NCBI GenBank assembly: GCA_044506405.1
Contig: JBIQKP010000020.1
Span: 6,528-30,527 of the forward strand
Direction of reading: 5' to 3'
DNA length: 24,000 nucleotides
DNA from: Lysobacterales bacterium
Lineage (GTDB): Bacteria; Pseudomonadota; Gammaproteobacteria; Steroidobacterales; Steroidobacteraceae
Within the stretch, counting starts at the first letter, position 1. Every line of letters starts with the position of its first letter. This document shows, piece after piece, positions 8,578-15,787 of this stretch. Below the pieces are notes generated by a model. That model did not search any database and was not told where the DNA came from. It saw nothing but the letters and a program-made list of their open reading frames with translations. Made by a program: the position numbers and the translations under genes.

Positions 8578-9435
8578 ATGCCTTCTTTCATTCACAAGCC
8601 GACACGCAAGCTGATCCTGCTCGCTTCGGGTGCGCTCGGCCTGGTCGTGCTCGGGGCACTCGGCGCGTTCGTGGTCTTGCTCTCCGGTGCATACAGCACC
8701 GCGGCGACGACACAGCATTTTAAGATCACGCATCGCCTACTCGATACCGGCCTGAAGTTCTCTGTCCGCACGTACGCGCGAAGCATCGAGGCGCCTGACC
8801 TCAATCGAGAGGGGATGCTCGAGCGCGGCGCTGCGTGCTACCGCGTGCATTGCGTGCAATGTCACGGTGCGCCAGGGGTCGCGCGTCATCCCGAGGGGCG
8901 CGGCATGTTGCCGATCGCGAGCGGCCTCGCGCAGTCCGCACGCGAGTGGCGGCCGGAATGGCTCTACTACGTCACTCGCAAGGGCGTGCGCATGTCGGGA
9001 ATGCCGGCGTGGGAGTTTCGCATCGCCGATGACGATCTCTGGTCGACGGTCGCCTTCCTGAAGCAGCTACCTTTCATGACGCATCAGGACTACGTCGAGC
9101 TCGAGGCGCGCACGGCCGAGCTCGAGTGCCGCGCGCCCACTCAGCTGACGGATGAGCTTTCCGCGGACTACGCAAAGGTGGTCTTTCGCCAATACGCATG
9201 TCACGCGTGCCATCGCATCGAAGGGGTGACGGGGCCGAACAGTCGCGTCGGCCCGCCGCTCATCGATTGGTCGCAACGCAAGTACGTTGCAGGCGTCCTG
9301 CCCAACAACGAAGAGAACCTGATTCGCTTCATTCGCGATCCGCAGGGCGTAAGCCCGCACACCCTTATGCCGAATCTCGACGTTGCAGAAGTGCATGCGC
9401 GCGAAATGGCTCGTTATCTATTAGCCCTGGAATGA
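8578..9435 (+). CDS. Membrane-anchored dihaem c-type cytochrome
   Basis: It has an N-terminal TM helix (LILLASGALGLVVLGALGAFVVLL) and two CXXCH motifs (CVQCH, CHACH), each followed by a Met-containing segment (GMPAW, LMPNL). GGGGGAG RBS is present. It is the first gene of the oxidase operon. Confidence 0.85.
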   Translation: MPSFIHKPTRKLILLASGALGLVVLGALGAFVVLLSGAYSTAATTQHFKITHRLLDTGLKFSVRTYARSIEAPDLNREGMLERGAACYRVHCVQCHGAPGVARHPEGRGMLPIASGLAQSAREWRPEWLYYVTRKGVRMSGMPAWEFRIADDDLWSTVAFLKQLPFMTHQDYVELEARTAELECRAPTQLTDELSADYAKVVFRQYACHACHRIEGVTGPNSRVGPPLIDWSQRKYVAGVLPNNEENLIRFIRDPQGVSPHTLMPNLDVAEVHAREMARYLLALE

Positions 9436-9803
9436 TCGTGATCGGACGCAGTCTCGTATCGTTCGCTGTGCTCGTCCTCTCGGGTTGCGTGCACGAGGAC
9501 GCGTATCAGCCGCACGTGGAAGACGCCGATCCGGAGCGAGGTCGGCGCGCGGTCGCAGCGCTCGAGTGCGGCGCGTGTCACGTAATTCCAGGTGTGCCGG
9601 GTGCTTGGGGCCGCGTCGGGCCGACGCTCGCCGAGTACCGCCACAACGTTTACATCGCCGGCAAGCATCCGAATACACCGGAGGTGCTCGTGCAGTTCGT
9701 GCGCGATGCGCCTTCGCTCGCGCCCGACACGGCGATGCCGGCGATCGAGATGAGCGAGGAACAAGCTCGCGACATTGCCGCTTTCCTCTATTCACTCGAA
9801 TGA
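9432..9803 (+). CDS. Monohaem c-type cytochrome, lipoprotein
   Basis: The start ATG overlaps the upstream stop (ATGA at 9432-9435). It has a lipobox signal MIVIGRSLVSFAVLVLSGC, the haem motif CGACH, and a distal MPA. The track ORF (9198..9803) extends upstream only because that frame is open inside the previous gene. Confidence 0.8.
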   Translation: MIVIGRSLVSFAVLVLSGCVHEDAYQPHVEDADPERGRRAVAALECGACHVIPGVPGAWGRVGPTLAEYRHNVYIAGKHPNTPEVLVQFVRDAPSLAPDTAMPAIEMSEEQARDIAAFLYSLE

Positions 9804-10807
9804 ACGAAGAACGCCTTCAATCCGTTCTGCATGCGGCGCCGGGAAGCGGTGCGGAGCTCTTGGCCGAGCTCGGTATCGTGCTCTATGTCGGCGCGGCGGT
9901 GATCTTTATCGTCGTCATCGTGTTGGTGCTGCACGCGACGTTCGCAAGCCCATTGCGCGCGAGCACGCGGGCGTGGGTCGTGGGCGGCGGCATCGTGTTT
10001 CCGGCTGTGACGCTGTTCCTGCTCCTCAACTACTCGATCGCTGTGGGCAGCGCCGTTTCCGCGATCGATAGCGGCACCGCGCTGCGCTTGTTGCTCGATT
10101 GCTTCGGCATCGACTCGAAGGCACGGATCCCGCCGCCTGCGCCCGGTGCGCTACGCATTCACGTCGTCGGCAAGCAATGGTGGTGGGATGTTCGCTATGA
10201 AGTGCGGCGCGGGGACACGAGCTCGGTCGTGCTCGCAAACGAGCTGCGCGTGCCCCTCGATGAACCCGTGGAAATCTTACTGACATCGTCTGATGTCATT
10301 CACAGCTTCTGGGTGCCCTCGCTCGCGGGGAAGGTCGACATGATTCCGGGGCGCACGAATCGCCTCGTGATTCGCACGAGTGAGCCTGGCGTCTATCGAG
10401 GACAGTGCGCGGAGTATTGCGGCGGTCAGCATGCCTTGATGGCGCTCTATGTCATCGCGGAGCCGCGCGACGCATTCGAGGCGTGGCTCGCACGCCAATC
10501 GCAACCGGTTGAAGTTCCGCAAGCAGAAGCGCTTCGAGCGGGATACGACGCCTTCTTCAAAGGTCGGTGCGCGGAGTGCCATACCGTTAGAGGGACGCCG
10601 GCGGACGGTGTAGACGGACCCGATCTCACGCATGTCGGCGGTCGGCATTCGCTCGCCGCGGGCACGCTCCGCAATCACGTCGGCACGATGGCCGGTTGGA
10701 TCGCGGGGCCGCAAGACATCAAACCAGGGACTCCGATGCCAGACAGCGAGGTGTACACGGGGCGCGAGCTTCGCGCGCTATCGGCGTGGTTGGAGAGCCT
10801 CGAGTGA
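9800..10807 (+). CDS. ctaC: Cytochrome c oxidase subunit II with C-terminal cytochrome c domain (caa3-type)
   Basis: The start ATG overlaps the upstream stop (ATGA at 9800-9803). It has two N-terminal TM helices, the CuA site HSFWVP...CAEYCGGQHALM, and a C-terminal CAECH haem c motif with a downstream MP. Confidence 0.9.
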   Translation: MNEERLQSVLHAAPGSGAELLAELGIVLYVGAAVIFIVVIVLVLHATFASPLRASTRAWVVGGGIVFPAVTLFLLLNYSIAVGSAVSAIDSGTALRLLLDCFGIDSKARIPPPAPGALRIHVVGKQWWWDVRYEVRRGDTSSVVLANELRVPLDEPVEILLTSSDVIHSFWVPSLAGKVDMIPGRTNRLVIRTSEPGVYRGQCAEYCGGQHALMALYVIAEPRDAFEAWLARQSQPVEVPQAEALRAGYDAFFKGRCAECHTVRGTPADGVDGPDLTHVGGRHSLAAGTLRNHVGTMAGWIAGPQDIKPGTPMPDSEVYTGRELRALSAWLESLE

Positions 10808-13323
10808 GCGCGACTGCAGGCGACGCGCTGCCGAACGCGCTGCCTCGACCAGCCGATGAGCTCGAGCGCCTCGAGAAGGTGTGGGAGCCGCCGAAGGGTT
10901 GGCGCTTACTGTCCGCCGTCAATAATACCTACATCGGCCTCTTCTATATCGGCGCCGCGCTGCTGTTCCTCGTGCTCGGCGGACTGCTCGCGCTCCTGAT
11001 GCGCACGCAGCTCGCCGTCCCCGAGAACGACCTCGTCGACTACGACCTCTACAACCAACTCTTCACGATGCACGGCTCCGTGATGATGTTCTTGTTTGCC
11101 GTGCCCGTGATCGAAGCGATCGGCATTTTGCTCTTGCCTGCGATGCTCGGCGCGCGCGATCTGCCGTTCCCCCGTTTGTCGGCCTATGCGTTCTGGGCGT
11201 ACTTCGCCGGCGGCATCGTGTTCTTCGGCACGATCTTCTTCGATGTGGCGCCCGATGGCGGATGGTTCATGTATCCGCCGCTCACGAGCTTCGAGTTCTC
11301 GCCCGGCTTGCGTTCCGATTTCTGGCTGCTCGGCATTGGCTTCATCGAGATCTCCGCGATCGCGGGGGCGATCGAGATCGTCGTCGGCATTCTGCGCACC
11401 CGCCCTCCGGGCATGACGCTCGACAAGATGCCGGTCTACGTGTGGGCGATGCTGATCGTCGGTGGGATGATCATCTTCGGTTTTCCGCCCGTGATCCTCG
11501 CGACCGCGCTGCTCGAGCTCGAACGTGCTTTCCAGTGGCCCTTCTTCGTCGCGGAACAAGGCGGCGACTCGTTGTTGTGGCAGCACTTGTTTTGGCTCTT
11601 CGGTCATCCGGATGTCTACATCATTTTTCTGCCGGGTGCGGGTCTCGTGTCGATGATCATCCCCGCGATGGCGCGCACGCCGCTCGTTGGCTACAAGTGG
11701 GTCGTGCTCGCGATCGTCGTGACGGGATTCATCTCGTTCGCGCTCTGGGTGCATCACATGTTCGCGACCGGCATGCCGCATCTCACGACGAGCTTCTTCT
11801 CGGCTGCGAGCATGGCGGTCGCCATTCCCGCGGGCATTCAGGTGTTTGCTTGGCTCGCAACGCTGCGCCGTGGCCGTGTGAGGCTCGCCACGCCGACGTG
11901 GTTCATTCTGAGCTTCTTCGGCATCTTCGTGCTCGGCGGCTTGACGGGCGTGATGCTCGCCGTATCCCCGTACGACTGGCAGGTACACGACACGTACTTC
12001 GTCGTCGCGCATCTGCACTACGTCGTCGTCGGCGGCATGGTGTTCCCCGTGTTCGCGGGAATCTACTACTGGGCGCCGTTCGTGAGTGGCAAGCCGCTAT
12101 CGGAACGAATGGGCAAGTGGGCGTGCGCGCTCATGTTCGGCGGCTTCAATCTCACGTTCTTTCCGATGCACATCTCGGGCTTGCTCGGCATGCCGAGGCG
12201 CGTGTGGACGTATTCGGATACGCTCGGTTGGGATCTCTGGAACATGCTCTCCACGATCGGCGCATTCGTGCTTGCGCTCGGCTTCGCGACTGCGTTGCTC
12301 GATCTGCTGCTGCATCTGCGGCCGGCGGGCAAAGTGGATACGAATCCTTGGGAGGCGGGTACGCTCGAGTGGCTGCCGCTCGACAACTACGGCGTGCGCA
12401 GCATTCCGCACATCAAGAGTCGGGAACCGCTCTGGGACAATCCGAAGCTGCGCGAAGAAGTCGACGCGGGTCGCCACTATCTTCCCGGCACCGTGCTCGG
12501 GGAGCGCGAGACGATCGTGACGAGTGCGATCGACGCTCGACCCGAATACATCTTGAGGCTTCCAGGGCCGAGTTGGTTGCCCGTCCTGGCGGGCCTCGGT
12601 ACCGCGGCGTTCTTTCTTTCGCTCACCGTGAAGTGGTTCATCCCCGCAGCCATCGGGGCGGTCGTCGCGCTCGTCAGTATCTTCAAGTGGCTGTGGCAAA
12701 CAGAGCCCGCGCCAACGAAGCAGCTCTACGAGATCGGCGGCGGTGTGAAGCTGCCGGACTTCATGACGGGACGTCGCTCGCATTCTTGGTGGGCCACCGT
12801 GGTGCTCATGCTCGTCGATGGTTCGATCTTCTCGTGTCTGCTGTTTGCGTACTTCTACTTCTGGACGGTGTCCGCAGGATGGCCGGTGACGCCATTCGAT
12901 CTGCCGGGCGCCGGCACATCGATCGTGGCGGCGATGGCCTGGATCGCGAGTGCTGTGATGCTCGCGATCGCGCATCGCCGACTCCGCGTGGGCGCCGCAC
13001 GAGGAACATTGGTCGCGCTGCTTGCCGCTGCGGTCGTGCTCGCCTGGGTCGGCTTCGCGTTTCATTTCCTGTCGCTCTCGGATGCGAACGTTCGTCCCGA
13101 TCAACACGCGTATGGCGCGGTGCTCTACACGATGTTGTCTTGGCAGGGGCTGCATGTCGTGTTGGTCACGTTGATGTGCGGCTACACGATTGCGCGCGTA
13201 CTCGCTGGAATGGTGGACGATGCGCGCCGCGGTACGTTCGATAACACGCGGCTCATGGGGTACTACACCGTCGCGCAGGGCGTGATCACGCTCCTCGTGA
13301 TACACGCGCCGAGAGTGCTGTGA
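10804..13323 (+). CDS. ctaD: Cytochrome c oxidase subunit I fused to a subunit III-like C-terminal domain
   Basis: The GTG start overlaps the ctaC stop (GTGA at 10804-10807). Haem-copper oxidase subunit I signatures are present (LFTMHGSVMMF, WLFGHPDVYIIFLPG, WVHHMFATG, HDTYFVVAHLHYV). About 280 extra C-terminal residues carry 5-6 further TM helices, consistent with a fused subunit III. Confidence 0.9.
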   Translation: MSATAGDALPNALPRPADELERLEKVWEPPKGWRLLSAVNNTYIGLFYIGAALLFLVLGGLLALLMRTQLAVPENDLVDYDLYNQLFTMHGSVMMFLFAVPVIEAIGILLLPAMLGARDLPFPRLSAYAFWAYFAGGIVFFGTIFFDVAPDGGWFMYPPLTSFEFSPGLRSDFWLLGIGFIEISAIAGAIEIVVGILRTRPPGMTLDKMPVYVWAMLIVGGMIIFGFPPVILATALLELERAFQWPFFVAEQGGDSLLWQHLFWLFGHPDVYIIFLPGAGLVSMIIPAMARTPLVGYKWVVLAIVVTGFISFALWVHHMFATGMPHLTTSFFSAASMAVAIPAGIQVFAWLATLRRGRVRLATPTWFILSFFGIFVLGGLTGVMLAVSPYDWQVHDTYFVVAHLHYVVVGGMVFPVFAGIYYWAPFVSGKPLSERMGKWACALMFGGFNLTFFPMHISGLLGMPRRVWTYSDTLGWDLWNMLSTIGAFVLALGFATALLDLLLHLRPAGKVDTNPWEAGTLEWLPLDNYGVRSIPHIKSREPLWDNPKLREEVDAGRHYLPGTVLGERETIVTSAIDARPEYILRLPGPSWLPVLAGLGTAAFFLSLTVKWFIPAAIGAVVALVSIFKWLWQTEPAPTKQLYEIGGGVKLPDFMTGRRSHSWWATVVLMLVDGSIFSCLLFAYFYFWTVSAGWPVTPFDLPGAGTSIVAAMAWIASAVMLAIAHRRLRVGAARGTLVALLAAAVVLAWVGFAFHFLSLSDANVRPDQHAYGAVLYTMLSWQGLHVVLVTLMCGYTIARVLAGMVDDARRGTFDNTRLMGYYTVAQGVITLLVIHAPRVL

Positions 13324-13336
13324 AGGAGCGTTTGCC

Positions 13337-13720
13337 ATGAGTGCGGAAGGGCCACGCGAAGGTCGTCGATTCACGCCGACGGCGCTCTTCATTTGCGGCG
13401 GCACGCTTATTTGGGCGAGCGATTTCTTGGCGATGTACGTGATAGCGGCCATCGCGTGCGCGAACGGCTGGGCGGCCCTAACGATCGCGGGCATGCCGTT
13501 CGTGGCGTTCGTCGGTACGGTGCTGACGCTTGCGGCAGGTGCGGGCACGATCGTCGTGTTGCGCGCGGGCCTCAAGCGTTCACGGGAGAATGGGCAGCTC
13601 GATGAGTCCGCGCGTTTCATCTATTTTCTCGCCGCGGCGATCGGCATGCTAGCGCTCGTCGCAATTCTCTATAACGCTCTGCCAGCGTGGTTCCTGGCAA
13701 CGGAATGCGGGCGTGGCTGA
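13337..13720 (+). CDS. Small hydrophobic protein (3-4 TM), last gene of the oxidase operon, function unknown
   Basis: AGGAG lies between the ctaD stop (13323) and the ATG at 13337. The sequence is strongly hydrophobic (ALFICGGTLIWASDFLAMYVIAAIA, MPFVAFVGTVLTLAAGAGTIVVL, FIYFLAAAIGMLALVAILY). I recognise no family. Confidence 0.6.
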   Translation: MSAEGPREGRRFTPTALFICGGTLIWASDFLAMYVIAAIACANGWAALTIAGMPFVAFVGTVLTLAAGAGTIVVLRAGLKRSRENGQLDESARFIYFLAAAIGMLALVAILYNALPAWFLATECGRG

Positions 13721-13850
13721 GAAGATCTCGCGGAGCGCGCCGGGGTAGGAAGATACTCTCGCAGTGACGCAGAGGTAAGAAATAGATCGATCTCTTTCGT
13801 TCTTGACTCTGCGCCTCCGCGCCTCTGCGGCTTTGCGAGAGCCATTCTTC
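13721..13850. repeat. Palindromic intergenic element, copy C (four octamers, composite left arm)
   Basis: It starts on the nucleotide after the stop codon at 13720. The right arm is CTCTGCGC-CTCCGCGC-CTCTGCGG-CTTTGCGA (13807-13838) followed by GAGCCATTCTTC. The left arm contains the terminal motif twice (GAAGATCTCGC at 13721 and GAAGATACTCTCGCAG at about 13750). The apex palindrome is AGATCGATCT (13784-13793). Confidence 0.8.
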
Positions 13851-13960
13851 CGCGGTGCCTGGAAGACCTGCTCTTCCGGAAATCTTGGCGAATGCAGGCA
13901 AACGTTGGTACGGTGGCGAGCTCGTATCGGCTTGATGAGAGCGTGCGTGTGGAGGTGTAG

Positions 13961-15082
13961 ATGTCCGAGCTCGACGAACTGGTGGCGCAGCAGCTGCTTC
14001 TCAATACACCCTTGCAATGGCTCATTGCTGCCGGTGTCGCGCTTCTTGTGTATGTCGTGCTCATGGCTGCGCGCCGCCTCGTGCGTCGCTACTACACGCG
14101 TTTGAAGGTCACCCCGCGCGAGGAACTGCTCGAGATTCCCCTACAAGTATTGAGCCGCACGACCTCGATCTCGTTTGTGGTGTGGGCGCTGTACGCAGGC
14201 TTTCAAACGCTGACATACACGCCGAGGCTGGGGCAGGTCGCAGACTCGATCATCACGATCTCGCTGTTCTGGCAGGCAGGTATCTGGGCTGTCGCTGCGG
14301 TCGGCGCTTGGCTCGATCGAAAACGTCGCCGCAGCATGGAAGTCGATCGAGCGATGGTCGGATCGCTCGGCATCATCGGGTTCATTGTCAACGTCGTGAT
14401 CTGGTCGATGGTGCTGCTGTTGACGCTCGACAACCTCGGCGTCGACATCACTGCCCTCATCGCCGGCCTCGGCATCGGCGGTATTGCCGTTGCGCTCGCG
14501 GTTCAGAACATCCTCGGTGATTTGTTTGCATCGCTTTCGATTACGCTCGATCGACCGTTCGTCGTGGGTGATTTCTTGATCGTCGGCGAGTTCCTCGGCT
14601 CGGTGGAGTACATCGGCATCAAAAGCACGCGCCTGCGAAGCCTGAGCGGCGAGCAGATCGTCATGTCGAATGCGGATCTTCTGGGCAGTCGTGTTCGCAA
14701 CTACGGGCGCATGGCCGAACGCCGTGTCGTGTTCACGAACAGCTTTCCGTACGAGACGCCGATCGGCACGATCGAGCAGATTCCGGGACTCATCAAACGG
14801 ATCATCGAATCGCAAGCCGATACGCGCTTCGATCGCAGCCATTTCATGAAACACGGCGCCGCCGCGTTCGAATTCGAGACCGTGTACTACGTACTCTCGC
14901 CCGACTACAACAAGTACGCCGATACGCAACAGGCGATCAACATCCAGCTCCATCGCGAGCTCGAGAAGATGGGCGTGAAGGTCGCGATTCCGGTTCAGCG
15001 TTTGTTAATCGAAGAGTTAGGTAAGCTTGCCGAGCGCGGCGATGCGAAGAATCCCACGGACGCGGCCGAGCGAAGCGTGTAA
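13961..15082 (+). CDS. Mechanosensitive ion channel family protein (MscS-like)
   Basis: GGAGG RBS is present. N-terminal TM helices are followed by the MscS pore/beta-domain signature LGVDITALIAGLGIGGIAVALAVQNILGDLFASLSITLDRPFVVGDFLIVG...GSVEYIGIKSTRLRSLSGEQIVMSNADL. Confidence 0.9.
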   Translation: MSELDELVAQQLLLNTPLQWLIAAGVALLVYVVLMAARRLVRRYYTRLKVTPREELLEIPLQVLSRTTSISFVVWALYAGFQTLTYTPRLGQVADSIITISLFWQAGIWAVAAVGAWLDRKRRRSMEVDRAMVGSLGIIGFIVNVVIWSMVLLLTLDNLGVDITALIAGLGIGGIAVALAVQNILGDLFASLSITLDRPFVVGDFLIVGEFLGSVEYIGIKSTRLRSLSGEQIVMSNADLLGSRVRNYGRMAERRVVFTNSFPYETPIGTIEQIPGLIKRIIESQADTRFDRSHFMKHGAAAFEFETVYYVLSPDYNKYADTQQAINIQLHRELEKMGVKVAIPVQRLLIEELGKLAERGDAKNPTDAAERSV

Positions 15083-15201
15083 AAGGGAATAAGCGGAAGT
15101 CCCGGTAGACTCCGGGTTGAAAGGGTTCGTGCGCGGCCCGACAATTGAGCTACGGCTCCGCCTGCAACGTTTTGTTGTTCCTACATATAGATAGGTGTTC
15201 G

Positions 15202-15666
15202 ATGAGTAAATCCAAACTGTTGAGCATTCTGGCGCTCACCGGCGCGTTGAGTGCGTTCAGCTCCTTCGCTTCTGCAAAGACTTGCAGCGTAGAGATTAGC
15301 GGCAACGATCAAATGCAGTTCGACAAATCGAGTATTGCGATCGCGGCCGATTGCACGGAAGTCGAGCTCACGCTCAAGCACCCCGGAAAGCTTCCTGTGA
15401 CCGCGATGGGGCACAACTGGGTGCTCACGAAGACGTCTGATTTCCAGCCTGTCGCAACCGCGGGCGCTTCCGCTGGCCCCGCGAACAACTATGTGCCGAA
15501 GGACGATGCGCGCGTGATCGCGCACACGAAGCTCGTGGGCGGCGGCGAGTCGACTTCGATCAAGTTCTCGACCTCGAAGCTGCAGAAGGGTGGCGACTAC
15601 ACCTTCTTCTGCTCCTTCCCCGGTCACTGGTCTTTGATGAAAGGCAAGCTGACATTCGGCGGCTAG
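15202..15666 (+). CDS. azu: Azurin (blue copper protein) precursor
   Basis: It has a signal peptide [25 protein letters not shown]. The mature part matches azurin: [21 protein letters not shown], and the copper ligand loop [14 protein letters not shown] (Cys-His-Met). The track ORF start at 15145 is upstream of the signal peptide and lacks an RBS. AGGTG precedes 15202. Confidence 0.9.
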   Translation: MSKSKLLSILALTGALSAFSSFASAKTCSVEISGNDQMQFDKSSIAIAADCTEVELTLKHPGKLPVTAMGHNWVLTKTSDFQPVATAGASAGPANNYVPKDDARVIAHTKLVGGGESTSIKFSTSKLQKGGDYTFFCSFPGHWSLMKGKLTFGG

Positions 15667-15672
15667 AAGAAC

Positions 15673-15785
15673 GGCTGGAGGTTGGAGGCTCGGGCTAAAG
15701 GTAAGGCCCGAGCCGAAAACTGCAGCAGTGAAGCGGATGATCCTTCGTCAACTGCGCGCGCTTACTCTAGCTCCAGCCTCCAGCC
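15673..15785. repeat. Second type of inverted-repeat intergenic element (GGCTGGAGG arms)
   Basis: The terminal inverted repeats are GGCTGGAGGTTGGAGGCT (15673-15690) and AGCTCCAGCCTCCAGCC (15769-15785), matching at 16 of 18 positions in reverse complement. The inner hairpin is GGCTCGGGC-taaaggtaag-GCCCGAGCC (15687-15714). It fills the convergent azurin/otsA gap. Confidence 0.7.
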
Positions 15786-15787
15786 CT

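Noticed and set aside
9198-10803. N-terminal extensions given in the ORF track for the second cytochrome c (9198), ctaC (9485) and ctaD (10696).
   Set aside because: The extensions overlap the preceding genes in other frames and translate to Arg-rich junk. Start codons that overlap the upstream stop (ATGA/GTGA) are followed immediately by a lipobox signal peptide, TM helices or a conserved N-terminus, and these give the sensible proteins.
10906-13620. Very long ORFs antisense to or off-frame within ctaD (10906..12018 -, 12097..13620 -, 11262..13244 +).
   Set aside because: They lie entirely inside a gene with unmistakable haem-copper oxidase motifs. Their translations are Arg/Ala/His/Asp-rich low-complexity strings with no motifs. 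This is typical of stop-codon-poor alternative frames in GC-rich DNA.
15083-15130. Possible terminator after the MscS gene (CCCGG-tagact-CCGGG at about 15111-15126).
   Set aside because: It has only a 5-bp stem and no U-tract (it is followed by TTGAAAGGG), which is too weak to call.
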